This document shows positions 1 through 14,444 of a DNA stretch of 64,000 bases, piece by piece. Source of the stretch: Eledone cirrhosa (lineage: Eukaryota). The DNA is taken from NCBI GenBank assembly GCA_964016885.1, contig OZ024744.1, positions 49,414,001-49,478,000 on the forward strand, in the 5' to 3' direction. Position numbers and translations under genes: made by a program. Numbering within the stretch: the first letter of the stretch is position 1; every line of letters begins with the position of its first letter. The notes under the pieces are model-generated. The model ran no database searches and had not been told where the DNA came from. It saw nothing but the letters and a program-made list of their open reading frames with translations.

Positions 1-420
<420 letters not shown>

Positions 421-785
421 ATTTCGTTTCTGAATTTGTTTAGCAAGATTCTTTGTCTGAAAACGTGTGTTGAAACCGATGTTGTTATACTTTGGGAGGG
501 TCATGTTGCCAATAAGAAACACATGCACCAGTTGCTTTCACTTCAATTTATTATAATAAATTTATAAATTTAGAAATTTAGACATTTCCGGTTGGTTGGA
601 TGGTTCCACAACCAGATGGTTGTATATATATTGTCAAAGTTCTTTCGTCACACATTCTGTTAGCTCTTCAGTGACTGGGGCTTCTTTTCTTTGTTTTTGT
701 GCCTCTCCTTTGTTCTGTCCTACGCCATCTTGTTTCTGTGTGTGTGTTTCTTATTGGCAACATGACCCTCCCAAAGTATAACAAT
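421..785 (-). mobile_element. PLE family A pseudo-LTR fragment with a short inverted end
   Basis: 421-742 is the reverse complement of about 3585-3915; 743-785 repeats 3812-3855 in the opposite orientation. Confidence 0.85.
633..676 (-). ncRNA. minimal hammerhead ribozyme (PLE-A type, stem II partly mutated)
   Basis: minus strand reads gtca CTGAAGA gctaacagaatgtgtgac GAAA gaac TT tgac. Confidence 0.65.
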
Positions 786-788
786 ATA

Positions 789-820
<32 letters not shown>

Positions 821-822
821 CC

Positions 823-859
<37 letters not shown>

Positions 860-871
860 CTATATATATAC

Positions 872-936
<65 letters not shown>

Positions 937-941
937 ATACC

Positions 942-1005
<64 letters not shown>

Positions 1006-1041
1006 CATAATACCTATATATATACCTATATATATATATAT

Positions 1042-1506
1042 GAGGTATAAGAATCAAAGAACTGTTCAAAACATTATTGTGCTTACAGCTGTTTCCTCCA
1101 AACCGAGGTTTGGATTCTTCGGAGCAATTTATTAATGCATGGACAGTTATATGACCTCCTTTTCAGCCGAGAGACATACCAATACATATTAAAACATTGA
1201 TACATATTCAAACATTGTGGGTCAACATTCATTACAGAATTTAGAGTGGCAGTACACACTTCGAGATTACATTTATATTAATAGGTACAATCAAAAATCA
1301 AAAATATAGGTTAAAATACAACATGGAGATAAGCGGTTATATAGTGCAAATGCTCTGTAAATCATCTGATGTTTTTACATTGAGCTACTTAACTTACTGG
1401 TAATAAGGTAGTAATACATTACTGCCTACCACTATTTAGGGTGTGTGTAAAATACTTATAACTGCTTAAGGTTTTGTATTTACATAACCATAAATAGTAT
1501 AACTAA

Positions 1507-1510
<4 letters not shown>
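1042..1510 (-). mobile_element. non-coding TA-flanked repeat carrying a hammerhead motif (pLTR- or retrozyme-like, family 3)
   Basis: homologous to 30592-30897 and 31050-31470; no credible ORF; (TA)n on both sides. Confidence 0.65.
1080..1126 (-). ncRNA. minimal hammerhead ribozyme, U4C core variant
   Basis: minus strand reads tgct CCGAAGA a tccaaac ctcg gtttgga g GAAA cagctg TA agca; 7-bp stem II, palindromic stem III, GUA site. Confidence 0.7.
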
Positions 1511-1579
<69 letters not shown>

Positions 1580-1584
1580 ATACC

Positions 1585-1634
<50 letters not shown>

Positions 1635-1701
1635 GAAGGAAATGTGGTAAGGAACCAGGTGGGCCATAACGCACCAAAGTACTTGGGGTCTTACTTGTTC
1701 C

Positions 1702-1733
<32 letters not shown>

Positions 1734-1823
1734 TATATGTACATATATATATACATATATATATATTTATATATATACATATATATATGTACATATATAT
1801 ATACATATATATATATTTATACA

Positions 1824-1892
<69 letters not shown>

Positions 1893-2064
1893 TTATATAT
1901 ATATTTATATATCTATATTGTTATACTTTGGGAGGGTCATGTTGCCAATAAGAAACACACGCACCAGTTGCTTTCACTTCAATTTATTATATATTTATAA
2001 ATTTACAAATTTATAAATTTCTGGTTGGTTGGATGGTTCCACAACCAGATAGTTGTTTATATAT

Positions 2065-2109
2065 AGTCATAGTCCTTTCGTCACACACTCTGTGACCTCT
2101 TCAGTGACT
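2065..2109 (-). ncRNA. minimal hammerhead ribozyme (inverted pLTR copy)
   Basis: reverse complement of 3655-3699. Confidence 0.8.
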
Positions 2110-2110
2110 T

Positions 2111-3454
2111 GCACATGCGGTAGGGGCCAGCATAAAACTAACCCTTAAGGAACATATGTTCAAATTTAATGGAAAAACATATGCCCAAGAGGAAGGAGCA
2201 GCAATTGGTGTTAGCATTGCAGGCGACATAGCTAACTTATTCATGGTATGGTGGGACAGTAGACTTAAACTTAAAGAACAATTAGAAGACAGCTTAACCC
2301 TGATAATGTACTCCCGCTACGTAGATGATATAAACATCGTAGTTAAGACACGCCCACTAGAGAACAGTCAGGAACTAGAGAAAAACAATGGAAAGCATCC
2401 AGCAAATAGCAAACTCCATCCACCAGAGCATTAGAGTTACTATAGACTACCCAAGTAGACACCCCAACCATCGATTACCTGTACTAGACACAGAGCTCTG
2501 GTTAGATACCATTAACAACCAAAAACAAATCCTCCATTCCCATTATGCCAATCCCATGACTTCCAAACATCTGATCCACCGAAACTCGGCCATTTCGGAC
2601 CATACCAAAATCAACATATTGATTGCGGATTTGGTACGGGTGATGAGAAATGTGTCCCGCATGTGCAACCCCGAAGAACTAGAGAGACACATACAACACT
2701 TCATCCACTGTATGCAGTTCTCTGGCTACAATCAGAGAGATAGAATCAGAGTGTATAGAGGAGCCAGAACCAAATGGGAAAAAATGGTAAATAATGACAT
2801 AAATGGGACCTGCCCCTTGTATAGGAGCAAATTTTGGAATAGAATAGAAAGAACAAGGAACAAGGCTAATAGAATAAACTCATGGTATGATAGCAATACA
2901 TACCAGAGTGTAATGTTCATCGATACAACCCCTAGAGGCGAACTAGCCTACAAATTTAGAAGGGCCCTAAATAAACATAAACTCAATATTAAGATAGTAG
3001 AAAGACCAGGTACCTCCGTAAAAACACTTATTAGCAAGACATACCCTTTTCAAAGACCCTCATGTATAGATAAGAAATGTATAACCTGTAAAATAAGCCC
3101 CCATATTAACTGTAAAACTGTAAAACTAGAAATGTAGTGTATAGCATAAGATGTACTGAAGGACAATGTAGAAACAAAAATATAGTGTACATAGGTGAGA
3201 CAGCTCGTAGTATAGGTGAACGGATAAATGAACACTGGCGAGACCTTCAAGATAATAAAGAATCATCTGTACTCTACCAACATGCTAAGATAAAACACAA
3301 GGGTAAATTAGAGAACATAGAAATAAAAATAGAATCTACACACAGAAAAGATGGAATGTTTAGACAAATTACAGAGGCAATAAACATAAAAGAATTACAA
3401 CCAAAATTAAATAGAAAATATGAGTGGAACAGCAACATCACAACTTATAATTAA
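2111..3454 (+). pseudogene. frameshifted PLE reverse transcriptase + GIY-YIG endonuclease
   Basis: FKFNGKTYAQEEGAAIG, YSRYVDD, LPVLD and YSIRC..C..YIGETARSIGERINEH motifs; frameshifts near 2385 and at an 8-nt duplication (tgtaaaac, 3111-3126) that the 58640 copy lacks. Confidence 0.92.
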
Positions 3455-3654
3455 GGACAAAATGAAAACACACACATAGAACAAACAACCAACCAATAAC
3501 ATGTAAATAAATAAACAAATAGATAAATGAACATAAACACACACAGACACCCGGATGTGGCGCATGCGCAAACAGAGCACACAACACACACACAGAAACA
3601 AAATGGCGTAGGACAGAACAAAGGAGAGGCACAGAAACAAAGAAAGGAATCCCC

Positions 3655-3699
3655 AGTCACTGAAGAGGTCACAGAGTGTGTGACGAAAGGACTATGACT
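3655..3699 (+). ncRNA. minimal type-I hammerhead ribozyme in PLE-A pLTR
   Basis: agtca CTGAAGA g gtcaca gagtg tgtgac GAAA ggac TA tgact; stem I agtca/tgact, 6-bp stem II, CUA site. Confidence 0.85.
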
Positions 3700-3911
3700 A
3701 TATATAAACAACTATCTGGTTGTGGAACCAACCAACCAGCCAGAAATTTATAAATTTATAAATTTGTAAATTTATAAATATATAATAAATTGAAGTGAAA
3801 GCAACTGGTGCGTGTGTTTCTTATTGGCAACATGACCCTCCCAAAGTATAACAATATCGGTTTCAACACACAATTTCAGATAAAGAATCTTGCTAAACAA
3901 ATTCAGAAACG

Positions 3912-4843
<932 letters not shown>

Positions 4844-5396
4844 ATGGTGGCTGCCAACTCGTTTTCGAGTACGGCCACTACTTTATATCCATGTAGGAGA
4901 ACCCCTACCGATGCGCTGAACGAGTGTGACTTTTTAGTCCAGCCAGCGACTTGAAAACTCTGGTACAAACACTACACTTGTGACAATTATTGACACATAG
5001 TGCTGGGCCCATGGTACCATGTGACGACAAGTGCAGAGAGATCTCCAGATATAAAGCAATGCCTGTGCCGTGAAGCTTTTATAGTGAGCAAAGGCACTGC
5101 ACAAAACCAGTCCCACTCTCTTAACCAAGATGATATTTACCAAAAAGAAGAACAAGTCAACATCATTGAATACCATCAGGGTTGCAGGTGTTATATCAGA
5201 GTTTTCCTTCTCCTAGAATTCTGCCTTGACAAAGGCTAAGGGGTCATCTCTCCCTGTGATTTTGGATGGCTATTGACTCTTAAGAGCCCTTTCGCCCTTT
5301 GACAGGTTTTGTTTTTAGTCCTGCAGGATGTCCAAAGCCACCCTCCTCACCAAGAAACCTTGGTGGGGTTGCCAGTTTAGTCGCCAACGACCCGAC
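4844..5396 (-). mobile_element. non-coding retroposon with (AT)n tail, resembling RTE 5'-UTR sequence
   Basis: near-identical copies at 48465-48879 and 48953-49563 share the same 3' end and have different 5' ends; ggagaaggaaaactctg motif. Confidence 0.6.
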
Positions 5397-5437
5397 ATAC
5401 ATATATATATACATATATATATACATATATATATATA

Positions 5438-5985
5438 TCCTCAGCATTCTCGTGTAGCACCCATCCACCATCTGAGTGAGTTTCTTGGTCAGTGTCCAAG
5501 TCTCAGACCCATACAGCAGCACAGACTCCACTACAGCAATGAAGAGGTGGACCTTCAGGTCTCTACGAATGTCCGACTTCCACACCGATCTGAAGCTGTG
5601 GCATGCCACCCAGGCCTTGCTCTTCCTCTCAACCACATCATCTCCGTATTCCCAATCTTTGCTCCCAACATTAATCAGTATACACTGAGGGTGAAAAACT
5701 CAGAGCTGTATGGGAGCATCCCAAAAGTCAGCTCAAAAGTGACACAGAGGAGACTGAGGTTAGCTGGACATGCTCACCGACATCCAGAGTTGACATTGCA
5801 CTCAGTGCTCCTTTGGGAGCCTCTACATGGACACACTAGAAGTGGAAGTCCAAGGTTAACGTATGTTGATGCCCTAAGGACAGACACTGGTCTGTTGAAG
5901 ACGCAGGACATGGCAGCGATAATGAGGGACAGAGACCGCTGGAGAGAACTCGTCCATGGATCTCGGGAATTTTAACCGCCTTAGA
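5438..5985 (+). mobile_element. RTE-like LINE 3' fragment with 5' inversion
   Basis: minus-strand 5438-5665 encodes ESVLLYGSETWTLT..GCYTRMLR; plus-strand 5685-5975 encodes the downstream QRRLRLAGH..LLWEP..G. Confidence 0.85.
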
Positions 5986-6381
5986 TAGATAGATATATAT
6001 ATATATAAATACCGACGAAACCATGGTAGAGGTAACTAAATATGTTCACTTTTCTCCTAGTTTATTTTACACCTAATTCTGTTTAGTTGACTGTATATCA
6101 GGACTATTTATACACGCTGTCGAAATACTCGATAAATACTCCGTCGCAACCGACACGAAGGGCTGCTTTCGGTTATTTGTCGGAGATTTCTTCATAGAAG
6201 CCTTTATTATTATAGCTTGGTCTAATCGATTTTTATATGGTTAATTATGCTAATTGGGAGAGGAAGTGATATATATTTTATCTGTTGATTCTATAGACAT
6301 GTTTTATGATATATAGCTCTGATTATTTAATTTATTAACTCTTCATTGAGCCACAAAGTGACCCGTTGCAAAACAAATATA

Positions 6382-6420
<39 letters not shown>

Positions 6421-6422
<2 letters not shown>

Positions 6423-7441
6423 GTAGCAGCAAGTGCCCATAAAATACTAGCTCTTTCAACTGCGCAGAGGGCTCTATAGAAATAGTGGACAGCTTCCGTT
6501 ACCTGGGTGACAAAATCAGCAGTGGGGGAGGGTGCTCTGAAAGTACAGTAGCTAGAGTCAGAACTGGATGGAAAAAGTTCAGAGAGCTTATACCACCATT
6601 AGCCGCTAAAGGGTTCTCCCTAAAAATGAAAGGCAGGTTGTATGATGCCTGCATACGAACATCAATGTTGCATGGCAGTGAGACCTGGGTATTGTGTGCA
6701 GAGGATATTTGCAGACTAGAGAGGAACGAAGCTTGCATGCTTCGCTGGATGTGTAATAGTGATATACGTGAACGGCAAAGCATAAACAAACTAAGGAAAA
6801 AATTAGAAATAAGAGGGATCAGATGTTGTTTACTCGAGAGAAGGCTACGTTGGTATGGACACGTGATGCGCATGAAAGTCGATAGCTGTATAACAAAGTG
6901 CAGGGCAATAAAGATAGACGGTAGCCACGGAATAGGCAGACCTAGAAAAACCTGGGACGAGCTGATAAACTCCGACCTCACACACTTACACCTCTCCAAG
7001 TCAATGTCACTGGACCGAGACCTTTGGCGGTACTCAGTAATAGAGAAGACGCGCCTTACCTAAATACATAGTAAAACCTACTACAGTCAGTAGGCATCTC
7101 TAACAAAATACACCCCTCCCCCTCCCACCCCATCCACACCGCCCCCTTCTATGTAAAGTTATGTTGGTGCCACACCATCCAGGCCGAAACAAATGAGATC
7201 GTGTAGGTGTCACGACAAAAAAAACACACAGTCCACGCTGTAATGTGGCCGTGTAGGCAACACGGTAAAAACCTCCCAGACCCACACTGTAAATGTGGTT
7301 GGTGTTAGGAAGGACATCCAACTGTAGAAAACCTGCCAGACAGTCCTATGCGAGCAAGACAATCACTCTTGCCTCAAGTGGGTTAACCCCCGTCCAAACC
7401 CATGCAAGCGTGGAACACGGACGTTAAACGTTGATGATGAT
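6421..7441 (+). mobile_element. RTE family A LINE, 5'-truncated
   Basis: [34 protein letters not shown] (ORF 6485-7063); 3' UTR ends in (TGA)n. Confidence 0.92.
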
Positions 7442-7464
7442 ATATATATATGCATGTAAACCTT

Positions 7465-7530
<66 letters not shown>

Positions 7531-7588
7531 TATATACATATATATATACATATATATATACATATATATATATATATACATAAATATA

Positions 7589-7662
<74 letters not shown>

Positions 7663-7704
7663 CATATGTATACATATATATATATATATACATATGTATA
7701 CATA

Positions 7705-7736
<32 letters not shown>

Positions 7737-7894
7737 CACATATATATATACATATATATATACATATATATATATACACATATATATATACATATATATA
7801 TATACATATATATATACATATATATATACATATATATACATATATATATATATATATACATATATATATACATATATATATACATATATATACA

Positions 7895-7928
<34 letters not shown>

Positions 7929-8025
7929 CATATATATATATACATATATATATATACATATACATATATATATATACATATATATATATACATATATATA
8001 TATACATATATACATATATATATAC

Positions 8026-8058
<33 letters not shown>

Positions 8059-8099
8059 CTTATATATATATATACTTATATATATACATATATATATAC

Positions 8100-8134
<35 letters not shown>

Positions 8135-8173
8135 CTTATATATATATATATACATATATATATACATATATAC

Positions 8174-8206
<33 letters not shown>

Positions 8207-8215
8207 CATATATAC

Positions 8216-8246
<31 letters not shown>

Positions 8247-8248
8247 CT

Positions 8249-8334
<86 letters not shown>

Positions 8335-8372
8335 CATATACATATATACATATACATATATATATATACATA
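7442..8372. repeat. imperfect (TA)n array
   Basis: direct reading. Confidence 0.98.
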
Positions 8373-9014
8373 TAATTAAGTTAAAAATGTACATCCACAT
8401 ATGCATACTGAAATACTAGTGTGTATATGAATACACACACGTATACATATGTAGGTGTACCAAGTCTTTCACTGGTCGCTTTACAGTGAGCGGCCCAGCT
8501 ATTCTGTATGTAAACACACAGACAAACCGGTTTTTAGAGTCATACTGGTTTTTGGGGGAACACCTACCCCCTATTCTCCAGAAAGCCAGACAAGGAATAT
8601 TGAACTAGTTTCGTTGTTGTTAAAACTCATCAGCAATATTTACCTATCTACCGGCCTTTCTGGAGAATTGTAAAAGCACATATCGTTATATGCTTTTTCT
8701 ATGAAAATTAGTAGTGGGCAGACTATTTTGCATAGAGTGTGAGTACGCACCGGTTCAGCGGAGACGATAAAAACAAATAACGAAACGAAATTAAATTTCG
8801 TTTCGTTTGTAACTCACTTTTGTATGACTGACGCTTAAACAATTAAGTTAAAAATGTACATCCACATATGCATACTGAAATACTAGCTGGGCCGCTCACT
8901 GTAAAGCGACCAGTGAAAGACTTGGTACACCTACATATGTATACGTGTGTGTATTCATATACACACTAGTATTTCAGTATGCATATGTGGATGTACATTT
9001 TTAACTTAATTGTT
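8373..9014 (-). mobile_element. non-coding ~465-bp retrozyme/pLTR-like unit with terminal direct and inverted repeats (family 5)
   Basis: about 8375-8418 repeats directly at about 8840-8886; 8884-9011 is an inverted copy of 8374-8501; contains a hammerhead. Confidence 0.75.
8596..8640 (-). ncRNA. minimal type-I hammerhead ribozyme
   Basis: minus strand reads aatattg CTGATGA gtt ttaacaac aac GAAA ctag TT caatatt; perfect 7-bp stem I, palindromic stem III, GUU site. Confidence 0.85.
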
Positions 9015-9052
9015 TATATTAATTATATATATATATATTTATATATATATAC

Positions 9053-9103
<51 letters not shown>

Positions 9104-9175
9104 ATATATATACATATATATATACATATATATACATATATATATATATATACATATATATATACATATATATAC

Positions 9176-9206
<31 letters not shown>

Positions 9207-9428
9207 CATATATATATATACATATATACATATACATATATACATATATATATACATATATATACATATATATATATATACATATATATATACATATATA
9301 TATACATATATATATACATATATACATATACATATATACATATATATATACATATATACATATATATATACATATATATACATATATATATATATACATA
9401 TGATACATATACATATATACATATATAT

Positions 9429-9461
<33 letters not shown>

Positions 9462-9479
9462 TATATATATACATATACT

Positions 9480-9515
<36 letters not shown>

Positions 9516-9580
9516 CTTATATATATATATATACATATATATATACATATATACTTATATATATATATATACATATATAT

Positions 9581-9613
<33 letters not shown>

Positions 9614-9650
9614 TAATATATATATATATACTTATATATATATATATACT

Positions 9651-9700
<50 letters not shown>

Positions 9701-9702
9701 CT

Positions 9703-9781
<79 letters not shown>

Positions 9782-9867
9782 ATATATATATACATATACA
9801 TATATATATATATACATATATACATATACATATATATATATACATATATACATATATATATATACAT

Positions 9868-9914
<47 letters not shown>

Positions 9915-10107
9915 TATATACATATATATATATATATACATATATATATACATATATATATATATACATATACATATATATATACATATATATATATATA
10001 CATATATATATATACATATATATATATACATATACATATATATATACATATATATATACATATACATATACATATACATATATATACATATATATATATA
10101 TACATAT
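9015..10107. repeat. imperfect (TA)n array
   Basis: direct reading. Confidence 0.98.
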
Positions 10108-11819
10108 ATAACTTTGAATAACTTTGAAATGTTTTGGTCAGTATTGGCCCAGGCCATGTCTAACTTAATAGCACCACCTGGCGAAGTCTTTCAATTCAGG
10201 ATTTGGGCACCATGGCCCATTCGAGAAGAGAATTACTGTTTGCGGAGACATATCCGGGTGTGGGTGGTTTGTCCGGGATTACTTGGAGGAATTTGTCCAA
10301 AGACTTCTTGAATTTTGTGTGGTCAGTTTCTGTTTTGACGTGTCCTGGTGTGATGTTGAAGAGAGCAGGGCCGATTGAGGTGAAATAATTGTGCCGTATT
10401 GTTGTTATGAGTTGCGATTTAGATTTTTGAATGGGACGGATAGCACGGGGCCCAAGCCTTGGGTGTATCTTAAAGGCGATGCCAACATCATTGGGCAGTG
10501 ATGATGGAACATTTTCCACATCATGCAGATAATATAACGCTCACGGCGACGTTGGAGTGAGTAAAGTTTCAGGTTTTCCAATCGACCCCAGTAGTCAAGG
10601 TCTGACATGCCATCTATCTTTTTCGTGATTGCCCTTTGAGGAGCTTCAAGTTTCATGATACTTTGTTTCGTGTGGGGAGACCACAGTGGACAACAGTATT
10701 CAAGGTGTGGTCGGGCGAAAGTAGAGAAGAGAAGGATAATGGTGCGGGAATCTCTCGACTGGAAGGTTCTGAGGATCCAGGAACACATTCTGCGGGCCAT
10801 GTCAACTTTGCTGCTTATATGCGTGGTCCAGCTTATGTTGCTGTCCACGGTTACTCCCAAGTCTCTGATGTTGTTAGATGCCACGAGAGTTTCCCCGGAG
10901 GGAAGGGAGTACGGGAGTTTCAGAGCATCCTCTTTTCCAAAGTGGATCAGTTCGAATTTGTCTTCGTTCAGTAACATGTTGTTCTTTTCTGCCCATTGGG
11001 TAACAGCCAGTAGGTCTGACTGAAGGCTTATCCGGTCATCCACGCCATTGATGACCTTTTGGAGCTTGGAATCATCAGCGAAATTTTAATGTTGCTGTGT
11101 TTGATGATGTCAGTGATGTCATTAATATAGATGATGAAGAGAAGTGGGCCCAACACAGTGCCTTGTGGGACTCCACTACTGACTTTGGCTGGGCTTGATT
11201 TGACTCCCTCAACTACAACATGTTGGGTTCTGTTTGACAGGAAGCTCTTGATCCACTGCAGCAGCTTTCCAGTGACACCAATATTGGCAGCTTTCTCAGT
11301 AGAATGTTATGATCAACCCTGTCAAAGGCCTTGCTGAAATCAAGGTAGATAACATCAGTGTTGGAACCCTCTCCCAAGGCTCTCAAAATGTCATCAAAGT
11401 GATGCAGTAGTTGCGTCAGGCAATCCCTTCCATTACGGAATCCATGCTGGTTGGAGTTCAGCATATTGTTACTCTCAAGGAAGTGGGTCATTCGCGATCT
11501 CACCACTCGCTCAAATACCTTAATGATATGAGAGGTGAGTGAGATTGGACGGTAATTCACGGCAAGGGATTTGTTTCCCTTTTTGAAAACTGGGACAACA
11601 GACTGGGATAGAAGGTTTTCTGGCACATATCCAGCATCCAGTGAGTTCCGCCACAGATTGGCAAGAGGAGAAGCAAGTTGGTGTTGACACGCCTTCAGGA
11701 CACAAGCAGGGAACCTATCGGGACCTACTGCTGAATTATGCTTGATTTCCTTTATTGCCGCCAAGACATCAGGGGCGCCAAACGTTATGTCCGATAAGGT
11801 GTAATGGGGAGTAACATCG
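10108..11819 (-). mobile_element. CR1-group LINE family C, 5'-truncated and frameshifted RT
   Basis: [32 protein letters not shown] motifs split over ORFs 11213-12172, 10405-11043 and 10196-10519; near-identical to 28342-30055. Confidence 0.92.
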
Positions 11820-12661
<842 letters not shown>

Positions 12662-13669
12662 TGCAACAACATCCCTCACTAGCTATGCTGATGACACTAA
12701 GGTAGCACAGGCAATCAAAAACCCGGCTGACGCTGCCCTCTTACAGCAGGATCTGGATGCCATATACAGATGGGCGGAAGAAAACAACATGCAGTTTAAT
12801 GCTGGCAAATTCCAAGCCCTACAATACAAACCTGCAAACACAAACACAAATATAGCGGAACACAGCTACACAGGACCAGGAGGGACCGATATCCCCGTGT
12901 CAAAATCGATACGAGACCTGGGCATAGACATGAGCGATGATGCATCTTTTTCTTCACACATCATGAAGGTGGCGACAGCATGTAGACGATTCGCTGGCTG
13001 GATCTTGAGGACTTTCCTTACAAGAGATCGAGACACCATGTTGACACTGTGGAGGACTTTTGTCCTAAGCCGCCTGGACTACTGCTCCCAGCTGTGGTCA
13101 CCCCATAGTGTCAAACTAACCACAGAGCTTGAGGCAATCCAGCGAAGCTACACCAAGAGGATTGCCAAGATGAGGGAGACAAGCTACTGGGAGAGGCTGA
13201 AGGAACTGAACCTCTACTCCTTGGAGCGAAGACGGGAGAGATACGCAGTGATCTACATGTGGAAAATCCTGGAGGGACTAGCACCAAACTTTGGCATTGG
13301 GAGCTGGACCAACCGTCGAACAGGACGTCACTGTGTGGTGCCAAAGGTCCCGTCTTCCACATCTAGAATAAGGAGCAGGTATTGCAATAGCCTGGGATTC
13401 AAGGGCCCTCAACTCTTCAACAGGCTGCCGAGGCATCTGCGAGACTTGCATGACGTGGAGGTGGATGTCTTTAAGAAACATCTCGACACCTTGTTATCCA
13501 GGATCCCGGATGAGCCCACAGCAAGACACGAGGGAAACCTAAGGGCAGCAGCAACAAACTCCCTCCTACACCAGTGGCCAACCTATACAGGCTGGAGATA
13601 AAATGTGTAGCAACAAGGGCGGTGCCCCAGCATGGCCTCAGCCGGATGGCTGAAACAGGTAAAAGAGTA
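12662..13669 (+). mobile_element. CR1-group LINE family D, 5'-truncated
   Basis: [35 protein letters not shown]; tail ggtaaaagagta. Confidence 0.92.
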
Positions 13670-13838
13670 TATACATATTTATATATACATATATATATAT
13701 ATACATATACATATACATATATATATATATATACATATACATATTTATATATATATATATATACATATACATATTTATATATATATATATATACATATTT
13801 ATATATATATATATATACATATACATATTTATATATAC

Positions 13839-13909
<71 letters not shown>

Positions 13910-13974
13910 CATATATATATATACATATATATATATATACATATATATATATACATATATATATATACATATAC

Positions 13975-14021
<47 letters not shown>

Positions 14022-14082
14022 CATATACATACATATATATACATATATATATATACATATACATATATATACATATATATAC

Positions 14083-14131
<49 letters not shown>

Positions 14132-14218
14132 TATATACATATACATATATATATACATATATATATATACATATATATATACATATATATATACATATAT
14201 ATATACATATATATATCT
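13670..14218. repeat. imperfect (TA)n array
   Basis: direct reading. Confidence 0.98.
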
Positions 14219-14372
14219 ATCTAAGGCGGGTAAAATTCCCGAGATCCATGGACGAGTTCTCTCCAGCGGTCTCTGTCCCTCATTATCGCTGCCATATCCT
14301 GCATCTCCAACAGACCAGTGTCTGTCCTTAGGGCATCAACATATGTTAACCTTGGTCTTCCTCTTCTAGTGT
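14219..14372 (-). mobile_element. 3' end of the RTE-like family seen at 5685-5985
   Basis: reverse complement of about 5832-5985. Confidence 0.85.
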
Positions 14373-14394
14373 GTCATATATACATATACATATA

Positions 14395-14427
<33 letters not shown>

Positions 14428-14444
14428 ACATATATACATATATA

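Larger units (their letters stand above)
1917..3915 (+). mobile_element. 5'-truncated EN+ Penelope-like element (family A) with inverted pLTR at the 5' junction
   Basis: 1917-2109 is an inverted copy of 3655-3855, followed by RT and GIY-YIG coding sequence and a 3' pLTR; (TA)n on both sides. Confidence 0.92.

Noticed and set aside
2380-3140. Programmed frameshifts in PLE family A
   Set aside because: The copy is truncated, and the 3111-3126 shift is an 8-nt duplication absent from the sister copy.
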